A stretch of DNA of 64,000 nucleotides from Oscillospiraceae bacterium. GTDB taxonomy: Bacteria; Bacillota; Clostridia; Oscillospirales; Oscillospiraceae. The notes beneath the pieces are model-generated. The model was not told the DNA's origin, did no database searches, and was given only the letters and a program-made list of their open reading frames with translations. The translations under genes were made by a program, and so were the position numbers. Location: positions 4,110-68,109 of the forward strand of contig JAFTMB010000001.1 of assembly GCA_017452605.1 (NCBI GenBank), written 5' to 3'. Shown here in pieces: positions 29,595-37,144 of this stretch. Each line of letters starts with the position of its first letter. Position 1 is the stretch's first letter.

Positions 29595-30430
29595 GTATCT
29601 GGTACGCCATTTGTGACGCACTTCCTGTGGAAATGCTCCACTGGGATTTTATGAAAAACGCGCTGCTGGCTATTTTGCTGATGGCTCCCCTGTTTGGTAT
29701 TATGTCAACCATGGTGGTCACCGGAAAAATGAGCTTTTTCTCTGACGCCTTAGGTCACAGCGCCTTTACGGGCATTGCCATCGGCACCATTTGCGGCATT
29801 GCCGCCCCTTTGTGGGCAGCGGTACTATTCAGCATTCTCTTCGCTGTGCTGTTTTCCTATGTCCGCAGCCGCAGCAACCACGCCGCCGACACCTTAATCG
29901 GTGTTTTTTCCAGCACCGCTGTGGCGTTGGGTATTTTCGTTGCCACCTTGGGCGGCGACAGCTTCACCAAATACAATCAATATTTGATTGGAGATATTCT
30001 GTCCATTACCCCCGCCGAAATCGGCGCTTTGGCGCTGATCTTGGTTTTTGTCATCTCGTTCTGGGTAATTTCCTCCAACCGGCTGACCTTAACCGCCATT
30101 TATCCCCAGCTTGCTTCTTCCCGGGGCATTCGGGTGGGCCTTTCCCAGACGGTTTACACCGTGGCAATCGCCATCACTGTTACCTTGACCATTTCTTCTG
30201 TGGGTCTACTGATTTTGAACTCTTTAATGGTGCTGCCTGCCGCGGCTTCCAGAAATGTTTCTAAGAATTTGAAGCAGTACCACCTGTTTTCCGTAGTCTT
30301 TTCCCTGATTGCAGGCATTTTGGGCCTTGTGGTATCTTTCTATTTAGGAAGCAGCGCAGGCGCCGCCATTTCTCTGTCGCTGGCCGCCATTTTCGGCATC
30401 AGTTTCTGTTTCCGGGGAAGGTGCAAATAA
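29591..30430 (+). CDS. znuB: metal ABC transporter permease
   Basis: FFSDALGHSAFTG, YLIGDIL, LMVLPAA, multiple TM segments. Confidence 0.88.
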   Translation: MSIWYAICDALPVEMLHWDFMKNALLAILLMAPLFGIMSTMVVTGKMSFFSDALGHSAFTGIAIGTICGIAAPLWAAVLFSILFAVLFSYVRSRSNHAADTLIGVFSSTAVALGIFVATLGGDSFTKYNQYLIGDILSITPAEIGALALILVFVISFWVISSNRLTLTAIYPQLASSRGIRVGLSQTVYTVAIAITVTLTISSVGLLILNSLMVLPAAASRNVSKNLKQYHLFSVVFSLIAGILGLVVSFYLGSSAGAAISLSLAAIFGISFCFRGRCK

Positions 30431-30431
30431 T

Positions 30432-31118
30432 ATGGAAGATGTAAAAATTCAGGTAATCGCCCGGATGAAAAGCGATTTTCCCACCAAATTCGGCATCCCC
30501 CGGCAAAGCGGTCTGGTGCAGCAGCTGCGCTCCACCATTATTTTCGAGCCGGAGTTTCGCAACGACGACGCCCTGCGGGGCATTGAGGGCTATTCCCATC
30601 TGTGGCTGATTTGGCAGTTTTCCCAGGCAGTCAGAGAAGACTGGTCGCCCACCGTCCGCCCGCCCCGTCTTGGAGGCAACACCCGCATGGGTGTATTTGC
30701 CACCCGCTCCCCTTTCCGTCCCAATTCTCTGGGACTTTCCAGCGTCACCCTTTTGGGCTTGGAGCATACCAAGGAATACGGCACTGTCATCCATGTAGGC
30801 GGCGCCGATTTGATGGACGGCACGCCCATTTTTGACATCAAGCCCTACATCCCCTACGGCGATTGCCACCCGGAAGCCACCGGCGGCTTAACGGACACAG
30901 CAAAGGACTATCTCCTGCATGTGGATTTTCCTGAGCCGCTTTTGCAGCTTCTGCCGGAGGAAAAACGGGAGGCCGCCATCGGCGTGCTGTCCCACGACCC
31001 CCGGCCCTCCTATCAGCGCCAGCCGGAGCGGATTTACGGCATTTCCTTTGCCGGCTTCGACATTCGCTTTCAGGTGCGGGAGGACACCCTTACTGTATTG
31101 GAAGTTACAAAGCTATAA
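30432..31118 (+). CDS. tsaA: tRNA (t6A37) N6-methyltransferase TrmO
   Basis: KFGIPRQSG, TVRPPRLGGN, GVFATRSPFRPN, DGTPIFDIKPY, DPRPSY. Confidence 0.93.
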   Translation: MEDVKIQVIARMKSDFPTKFGIPRQSGLVQQLRSTIIFEPEFRNDDALRGIEGYSHLWLIWQFSQAVREDWSPTVRPPRLGGNTRMGVFATRSPFRPNSLGLSSVTLLGLEHTKEYGTVIHVGGADLMDGTPIFDIKPYIPYGDCHPEATGGLTDTAKDYLLHVDFPEPLLQLLPEEKREAAIGVLSHDPRPSYQRQPERIYGISFAGFDIRFQVREDTLTVLEVTKL

Positions 31119-31148
31119 CACAAAAAAAGGACGGTGAACCCGTCCTTT

Positions 31149-32096
31149 TTATTTTGGAAATTCCTCCAAATCCAAATCCGCAAAGGGATACACCCGCTCC
31201 CAGCCGCTTTCCGTTTTTCGGTAGCTGGCCCGGTGGCGGCTGAGCAGCCGCACAATGTCATAGGCGTCAATCCAGATTTCCGAGTTGCACTCTTTCTGGC
31301 TTTCATCAAATACCAGCTGAATACCAAAATGCAGATGCACCGTTTCAATATTATTGGTGTTTTCCTTGTGGGAATACCCGGTTCTGCCCATAAAGCCAAT
31401 GAGCTGTCCCGCCTGCACCGTATCTCCCTCCTGCAAGCCATCGGCAAAGGGATGGTCTTTTTGCAAGTGGGCATAGTAATAGTAGCGCTTGGAGTCGGCC
31501 GAGCGAATGCCGATTCGCCAGCCGCCGTAGCGGTTCCAGCCCATAGCCTCCACCGTTCCGCCTTCCACCGCCACGATGGGCGTACCAAGGCTTCCCATCA
31601 GGTCGTTACCCAAATGCTTTCGATGAAAGCCGTAGGAACGGCTGACGCCAAAATCGTCGCAATGGCTGTATCCGTAGCCTGCCGCCACGGGGGAAAAGGC
31701 TTTTAAGCCGTATTGGCTTTTCCACTGACCCTCTGAAAAAATGGAGAAGTTACCCACCAAGCCCCCCAGCGCGGCAGTATAGGCCTGGTGATAGTAATCG
31801 TAGTATTTCGAAGCTTCGCCCAGCCTTTCTATGGGGTCTTGCTCCCCTTTTAAGTCCGACACCGCTTTTTTTACAGAGCTTAAACCGCATTTGCCTCCGG
31901 TGCGGCAGGCGGCCAGCGCCAAAGCGTCAATCCAGGAAATGTGCTTTTCCTGCTCCGCTGTGGCAATATCCTGCTCCAGGGCGTATTCCAAGGACGCATA
32001 GCCTACATTAAAATCCACCCAGCGAATGGGCTCTGCCCCCACCGGCACAATCAGCAGGCAAGCCGCCACAAGGCACAAAAAAATCCGCCGTCTCAT
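31149..32096 (-). CDS. secreted M23 family metallopeptidase, probably sporulation-related
   Basis: Signal peptide from ATG 32096, HLGND, YYYAHL, HLH motifs, sigmaE-like promoter. Confidence 0.88.
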   Translation of the reverse strand: MRRRIFLCLVAACLLIVPVGAEPIRWVDFNVGYASLEYALEQDIATAEQEKHISWIDALALAACRTGGKCGLSSVKKAVSDLKGEQDPIERLGEASKYYDYYHQAYTAALGGLVGNFSIFSEGQWKSQYGLKAFSPVAAGYGYSHCDDFGVSRSYGFHRKHLGNDLMGSLGTPIVAVEGGTVEAMGWNRYGGWRIGIRSADSKRYYYYAHLQKDHPFADGLQEGDTVQAGQLIGFMGRTGYSHKENTNNIETVHLHFGIQLVFDESQKECNSEIWIDAYDIVRLLSRHRASYRKTESGWERVYPFADLDLEEFPK

Positions 32097-32113
32097 CCCC
32101 TCACCTCTTCGGT

Positions 32114-32141
32114 AGTGTATGAAACGGCGGAAAAACCATGC
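32114..32141 (-). promoter_or_regulatory. putative sigmaE-type promoter of the M23 gene
   Basis: GCATGGT...CATACACT (sigmaE -10 consensus CATACAHT). Confidence 0.55.
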
Positions 32142-32148
32142 GCGCCAA

Positions 32149-33114
32149 TTATTGGAGGTCGCGCACCACATCTTTTGCAATGCGGTAAATATCTTCCATG
32201 GTGCTTAAGCTGGATATTTCCTTTTTATAGTAGCTGCTGTGGGCAACGCCCCGTAAGTACCAGGCAAAGTGCTTTCTGGCCTCCAGGCAGGCAATGTGCT
32301 CTCCGTGGTCCTGCTCCGACAGCCGGAACTGCTCCACAGCCACCTCAATTCTGCCCTTCAAATCCGGCCGGGTGTAGCCTTCTTCCCCGGCAAGCGCCGC
32401 CTTGACCTCAGCAAAAACCCAGGGGTCGCCAAAGGTGCTGCGGCCAATCATAATTCCGTCCGCGCCGGTTCGCTTCAGGCATTTTACCGCCGCTTCCCCC
32501 CCGGTGATATCTCCGTTGGCGATGACGGGAATGGAAAGCTGGCGCTTGACTTTGGTAATCATATCCCAATCCGCCACGCCGGAATACAGCATGCTCCGGG
32601 TTCTGGCGTGAACGGTGACCATATCCGCGCCGCAATCTTCCATCCGCTTGGTAAATTCCAGCACGTTGATGCTTCCCTTGTCCCAGCCCAGACGGCACTT
32701 GACTGTAACGGGTACATCCACCGCCTTTTTCACTGCCGCTACAATCTGGCCTGCCAGCTCCGGGGTGCGCATCAGGCCGCAGCCATCGCCGGAATTGGCG
32801 ATTTTCGGCATGGGGCAGCCCATGTTGATGTCCAAAAAATCGCAGCCGGAGATTTCCAGCGCCAGTACAGCGGCCTCAGCCATAATCGCCGGGTCATTGC
32901 CGAAAATCTGGGCGCCGCAAAGGCTGCCCTCATTTTTCTTAAGCAGCGCGGCGCTTTTTTTATCCTTATATACCAGCGCCCGGGAAGAAACCATTTCCGT
33001 CACCGTCATATTTGCCCCCAGCCGGGCGCATACGGTGCGAAAGGCCCAATCCGTCACGCCGGCCATGGGGCCCAGCATAATGGGCGTATTCACTTGCAGA
33101 TTTCCGATTTGCAT
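32149..33114 (-). CDS. dusB: tRNA-dihydrouridine synthase B
   Basis: PMAGVTD, TEMVS, DINMGCP, VHART, ANGDI, MIGR. Confidence 0.95.
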   Translation of the reverse strand: MQIGNLQVNTPIMLGPMAGVTDWAFRTVCARLGANMTVTEMVSSRALVYKDKKSAALLKKNEGSLCGAQIFGNDPAIMAEAAVLALEISGCDFLDINMGCPMPKIANSGDGCGLMRTPELAGQIVAAVKKAVDVPVTVKCRLGWDKGSINVLEFTKRMEDCGADMVTVHARTRSMLYSGVADWDMITKVKRQLSIPVIANGDITGGEAAVKCLKRTGADGIMIGRSTFGDPWVFAEVKAALAGEEGYTRPDLKGRIEVAVEQFRLSEQDHGEHIACLEARKHFAWYLRGVAHSSYYKKEISSLSTMEDIYRIAKDVVRDLQ

Positions 33115-33173
33115 AGTATTCTCTCTTTCTCTAGCCTGAGGCTATGATACCACACCTAAGCCTTCCCCGCAAC

Positions 33174-33428
33174 TTAAACAATGCCGCTGATCAGCCAAAT
33201 CAGCGCCATCACCGCCGCCCCGACGCAGCTCCAGCCTGCCGCATAGGGCATCAGGCTTTTGCTCTTTTTTGACCGCGCCGAGCCGCGAATGGCCTGCTTT
33301 GCCTGCTTTAGAAGCATTTCATCTGTGATATCCTTGGCATCCTCCCGAACGATAAAAATCGCCTGCTCAAATACCTTTGGGTCAGGAGAATGGACCACAA
33401 TCACCTGTCTTGAAATTCCCTTTACCAT
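33174..33428 (-). CDS. small hypothetical protein with a C-terminal TM helix
   Basis: GGAGG SD, MVKGISRQVIVV..FEQAIFI, hydrophobic tail. Confidence 0.75.
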   Translation of the reverse strand: MVKGISRQVIVVHSPDPKVFEQAIFIVREDAKDITDEMLLKQAKQAIRGSARSKKSKSLMPYAAGWSCVGAAVMALIWLISGIV

Positions 33429-33448
33429 ACTTTACCGCCTCCCGGTGG

Positions 33449-33478
33449 TAGTATGTCCTTCTGGAAAAAGTTTCATTC
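33449..33478 (-). promoter_or_regulatory. putative sigmaG-type (sporulation) promoter
   Basis: GAATG-18 nt-CATACTA matches the sigmaG consensus GHATR-N18-CATxHTA. Confidence 0.55.
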
Positions 33479-34204
33479 ATCCTTGGGCCGCTTATATCTG
33501 CCCATCGGCTCCCACTGGGGCAGGGGCAGCCGCTGCATCGCGCCGAACACCCGCTCCTTCAGGTCAGGATAAGTGGCGCTTAAATTGTACACCAGCTCCT
33601 TAATTTCCTCCCGCTTGGTCTGCTTGTCCACCGGGCAGCGGTTTTCTATTACCGGCAGCTCCATCCGCTGGGCGAAATTGTCCACCGTCTTTTCATGGAC
33701 ATAGAGCATGGGCCGGATTTGGGTAACCCCCATGCGATCCAAATCCGTCACCGGCTGGAAGCAGCTGATGCGGCCCTCGTAAATCAGGGACATGAAAAAG
33801 GTTTCCACTGCGTCATCAAAATGGTGACCCAGTGCCAGCTTGGAGATGCCTCTTTCCAAAATGGCCTGGTTCAGCGCGCCCCGGCGCATTTTGGCGCACA
33901 TGGAGCAGGGGTTCTTTTCCTTCCGATGATCAAAGATAATCGGCCCGATTTGGGTGGGCACAACGGTGTAGGGAATGTCCAAACTCCTGCAAAAATCCGC
34001 CACGCCGCTAAAGTCCATGCCAAGGCCCATGTCAATGGTGACAGCCTCCAGCGAAAAATCAGCGTATTCCCTCAAGCCTGCCAGAACACGCAGCAGCACC
34101 AGAGAATCCTTGCCTCCGGACACGCCGACGGCCACCTTATCTCCGGGATTTATCATTTGGTAGTCCTCCACACAGCGGCGAACCAGCCCCATAAGTTTCT
34201 GCAT
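33473..34204 (-). CDS. ttcA: TtcA-family tRNA 2-thiocytidine biosynthesis protein
   Basis: SGGKDS PP-loop, CSMCAKMRRG, GHHFDD, IRPM. Confidence 0.88.
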   Translation of the reverse strand: MQKLMGLVRRCVEDYQMINPGDKVAVGVSGGKDSLVLLRVLAGLREYADFSLEAVTIDMGLGMDFSGVADFCRSLDIPYTVVPTQIGPIIFDHRKEKNPCSMCAKMRRGALNQAILERGISKLALGHHFDDAVETFFMSLIYEGRISCFQPVTDLDRMGVTQIRPMLYVHEKTVDNFAQRMELPVIENRCPVDKQTKREEIKELVYNLSATYPDLKERVFGAMQRLPLPQWEPMGRYKRPKDE

Positions 34205-34322
34205 CGCGGAATTTCCTCCCCTGATTTTTCAAAATGGCAAGTTAGTATTTAAGAGCATTTAAGAGAAAACCGGAGTTTTTGCGAGTTTACCTCGGTTTCC
34301 AGAAAATTTTTTCAAAAATCCG

Positions 34323-34351
34323 TTGACATTTATTTTTAAATGTGTTATAAG
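34323..34351 (+). promoter_or_regulatory. sigmaA promoter of rplM-rpsI; the leader hairpin at about 34362-34400 may be an L13-type leader
   Basis: TTGACA-17-TATAAG. The leader TTTGAAGACAT..CTGC/GCAG..ATGTTTGTCAAA can fold. Confidence 0.7.
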
Positions 34352-34429
34352 TTTCTAGCGATTTGAAGACATTGTACTGCATTGGCAGATGTTTGTCAAA
34401 ATAATTTACCTATTTGGAGGAACACACAA

Positions 34430-34861
34430 ATGTCCACTACTCTTTTGAAGAAAGAGACCCTGGAGCGTAAGTGGTATGTTGTTGACGCTGCCGGTAAGCC
34501 CCTGGGCCGTACCGCTGTCACCGTCGCAAACCTGCTGCGCGGCAAGCACAAGGTCGATTTCACCCCCAACGTTGACTGCGGCGATTATGTCATCGTCATC
34601 AACACCGACAAGGCCATCCTCACCGGCAAGAAGATGGAGCAGAAGACTTACTACCGCGTTTCCGGCTGGATCGGCGGTCTGAAGGAAACCAAGGCTCGCA
34701 TCATGATGGAGAATCGCTCCGATTACGCCATGGAGCTGGCCGTCAAGGGCATGCTGCCCAAGAACACCATTGGCCGCAACGCCATGACCCGTCTGCACCT
34801 GTACAAGGGTGCCGAGCATGCTCACGCAGCTCAGCAGCCTTCCGCATGGACCCAGGACTAA
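34430..34861 (+). CDS. rplM: 50S ribosomal protein L13
   Basis: RKWYVVDA, LRGKHK, TPNVDCGD, AVKGMLPKN, GGAGG SD. Confidence 0.98.
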   Translation: MSTTLLKKETLERKWYVVDAAGKPLGRTAVTVANLLRGKHKVDFTPNVDCGDYVIVINTDKAILTGKKMEQKTYYRVSGWIGGLKETKARIMMENRSDYAMELAVKGMLPKNTIGRNAMTRLHLYKGAEHAHAAQQPSAWTQD

Positions 34862-34877
34862 TTGGAGGTAACTGACT

Positions 34878-35282
34878 ATGTACGAGAGCAAGAAGAAGTA
34901 TTTTTACGGCACTGGCCGTCTTAAGTCATCCGTTGCCCGTGTTCGCTTTTATGAGAACGGAACCGGTTCCATCATCATCAACGGCCGTGACATTAACGAC
35001 TACTTTGGTCTGGACACCTTGAAGCTGGTTGTCAATCAGCCTCTGGTTACTGCTGACCTGGTTGGCAAGGTTGACATCGTTGTCACCGTTGCCGGCGGCG
35101 GCGTTTCCGGCCAGGCCGGCGCTATCCGCCATGGCATTTCCCGCGCTCTGCTGGGCCTGAACCCCGAGTACCGCCCCACTCTGAAGGCTGCCGGTTTCCT
35201 GACCCGCGACCCCAGAATGAAGGAAAGAAAGAAGTACGGCTTGAAGGCCGCCCGTCGCGCACCTCAGTTCTCCAAGAGATAA
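34878..35282 (+). CDS. rpsI: 30S ribosomal protein S9
   Basis: [39 protein letters not shown]. Confidence 0.98.
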   Translation: MYESKKKYFYGTGRLKSSVARVRFYENGTGSIIINGRDINDYFGLDTLKLVVNQPLVTADLVGKVDIVVTVAGGGVSGQAGAIRHGISRALLGLNPEYRPTLKAAGFLTRDPRMKERKKYGLKAARRAPQFSKR

Positions 35283-35304
35283 TCACTTATCTTACAGAGT
35301 ATTC

Positions 35305-35339
35305 AAAAACCCCGAAACCATCACGGTTTTGGGGTTTTC
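35305..35339. terminator. element-supplied terminator after rpsI (possibly bidirectional)
   Basis: AAAAACCCCGAAACC-ATCAC-GGTTTTGGGGTTTT. Confidence 0.75.
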
Positions 35340-35359
35340 TTTATGCCTTAAAATCTGTC

Positions 35360-35381
35360 TTGGTGCAAATTTGGTGCAAAT
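35360..35381. repeat. 11-bp tandem repeat, putative integrase arm-type sites
   Basis: TTGGTGCAAAT x2, about 75 bp inside the left att core. Confidence 0.6.
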
Positions 35382-35396
35382 CAAAAAACAAACGGA

Positions 35397-36152
35397 TTAC
35401 CACATATGTTTACAATTCTTGCATTTGTATTGCTTACCAATTTTTCCACTCGCCATACCAACCATAGCAATTGAGAAACTTCTATCCATTGTTGTAATTT
35501 TTTCAATATTAGTATTTCCACAAACAGGACATTTAAGCTGACTTGTTGGCTTAGGTGTGGGCGGTGTATATTTTTGCTCAACTTCTTTATCAGCCCTATA
35601 CTTGTATAACTCAGCTATATTAGCTTTCTTTTGTTCTTTTTGTTTTTCCCATGCTTTTCTATCTTTGTTATACAAATCCAATTCTTCTTTATATCTTTCA
35701 ACATCGCTTTTATAATCTCCGTATCCAATAAAAAGCCATATAGGTGTTGCGAGCCAACCGAGCACGATATATAACAATAGTAATATGTTATCTATTTCGG
35801 CAAGTTTACAGAATAATAACATAAGCCAAGGACCTATAAGAATGAAGAAAGATAATGTTCTTGTTCCTTTTTCAAAAAACCCAAGAAAGTAATTAGGTTT
35901 TTTAGGACAAGTAGTATTATCTATTTCTTGTTGACGTGCCCTTAATTCATGCTCGTATTCACGATACTTTTGTTCCTTTTCTGCTTTATGATTGTCAACT
36001 TTGTTTTCTTGTTGTTTTCTTATAATTGATTCTGCCCTTGCTTTGTTTTCTCTCTCAAAATGTGCTTTAATACCATAACCACAGTTAGGACAACTTTCTG
36101 CTGTGTTAGATACATTTTCTCTGCCACACTCTGGGCATTTAATTAGTGCCAT
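35397..36152 (-). CDS. double zinc-ribbon membrane protein (islet cargo)
   Basis: N-terminal CPECG..CPNCG, coiled coil, two TM helices, C-terminal CPVCG..CKNC, GAGGAGG SD. Confidence 0.85.
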   Translation of the reverse strand: MALIKCPECGRENVSNTAESCPNCGYGIKAHFERENKARAESIIRKQQENKVDNHKAEKEQKYREYEHELRARQQEIDNTTCPKKPNYFLGFFEKGTRTLSFFILIGPWLMLLFCKLAEIDNILLLLYIVLGWLATPIWLFIGYGDYKSDVERYKEELDLYNKDRKAWEKQKEQKKANIAELYKYRADKEVEQKYTPPTPKPTSQLKCPVCGNTNIEKITTMDRSFSIAMVGMASGKIGKQYKCKNCKHMW

Positions 36153-36170
36153 TCCATTTTCCTCCTCAAA

Positions 36171-36587
36171 TCAGTCTACTCGTTCAACTATATGAATTTC
36201 GGTTTGATATGGTATTTCCATCTCGCACAAAGAGCATACCAAATTTTCGCTCTCATACGAGAGTTTAGAAACATCTATACAGTTTATTTTGATATTGTTT
36301 ATTGTTACGTCAAAAGACCAATATGTATTTTGGTTATCCTTTGCTAATATGACAGCATTTAATGAAAATGATTTTTCGTCTAAGAACAATTTATCAGCAT
36401 TTTCTATTGTAAGTGTATCTATCATAAGTTTTGTTAATCCTGACACTTTACCCGCTTTAATATAGGGCTTTATGTATGTGTAAAAGCGGTCATATTTGTC
36501 CATATGAAATTTATAAGCCTTACCGCTTTGAGTGGCAATTAATTTTCCTTGCACAAATCGGTATTCGTCACATAAACTCAAATTCAT
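36171..36587 (-). CDS. hypothetical protein (islet cargo)
   Basis: 138-codon ORF in AT-rich DNA, behind a TTGAAA-17-TATAAT promoter (36652-36624). Confidence 0.7.
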   Translation of the reverse strand: MNLSLCDEYRFVQGKLIATQSGKAYKFHMDKYDRFYTYIKPYIKAGKVSGLTKLMIDTLTIENADKLFLDEKSFSLNAVILAKDNQNTYWSFDVTINNIKINCIDVSKLSYESENLVCSLCEMEIPYQTEIHIVERVD

Positions 36588-36663
36588 TTCTTGTATTCCC
36601 CCCAAAAATCAAGTGTTTAACATATTATACCATAAGAAAACAAAATTTTCAATGCAATCATAT

Positions 36664-36704
36664 GAGTCATAACGATTCTTAATTGAATCGTTATGACTCT
36701 TTTT
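36664..36704 (+). terminator. perfect 15-bp inverted repeat with T tail inside the islet
   Basis: GAGTCATAACGATTC-TTAATT-GAATCGTTATGACTC-TTTTT. Confidence 0.65.
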
Positions 36705-36792
36705 CTTTATATATACACGATTTTAAACGATATTACACGATATAAACGGTACACCGAAAACTCCAAGAGATAATCAACACTTTTGGATTTTC

Positions 36793-36830
36793 AAGTCCCG
36801 GAAGCCACCTCGGCTTTCGGGACTTTTTTT
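36793..36830 (+). terminator. probable original rplM-rpsI terminator displaced by the islet
   Basis: AAGTCCCGGAAGCC-ACCTC-GGCTTTCGGGACTTTTTTT just after the second direct repeat. Confidence 0.8.
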
Positions 36831-36831
36831 A

Positions 36832-36914
36832 GGCCCGTCGGGGACGCCGGGCCCTACATTTTTGGACGCCAGTCCCTACTTTTTTGCCCGTAGGGACTGG
36901 CCTCCGGACAGTCC
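36832..36914. repeat. cluster of GTAG-type REP-like palindromes
   Basis: GTAGGGCCCGGCGTCCCCGACGGGCC (-), GTAGGGACTGGCGTCC (-, partial), GTAGGGACTGGCCTCCGGACAGTCC (+). Confidence 0.65.
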
Positions 36915-37144
36915 TGATAAACCAAGCCCTTATGAATCAGACTGGGGAGTTTGGTTTTTGCTCCCCCCACCCCCCTCATAAGTGCGGGGGCAAGGGAAAC
37001 AAATTGACACAAATTATAAAATAAAAACGCAAAAGGTGTTGAAAAAAATATCAGGTTGTGGTATGCTTGAATGGTAAATTGCCCCATTGCGGGAAAATCC
37101 CGCAAAGAGGGAAACATAAGATATTTTTAAGGAGGAACCCTAGC

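Larger units (their letters stand above)
35270..36776. mobile_element. integrase-less AT-rich islet inserted at the rpsI 3' end (CIME-like or element remnant)
   Basis: Identical 16-bp direct repeat CTCCAAGAGATAATCA at 35270-35285 (rpsI end) and 36761-36776. Abrupt AT-richness inside. A terminator follows each repeat. Confidence 0.85.

Noticed and set aside
36711-36914. Short repeats considered as a CRISPR array
   Set aside because: Units are about 10 bp or palindromic REP-like, with no constant 25-40 bp repeat and unique spacers, and no cas genes.
37040-37144. Hairpin TTGCGGGA-AAA-TCCCGCAA in the surface-protein leader as a c-di-GMP or other riboswitch
   Set aside because: The leader is short and lacks recognisable aptamer consensus. 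It is more likely a 5' stabilising stem.
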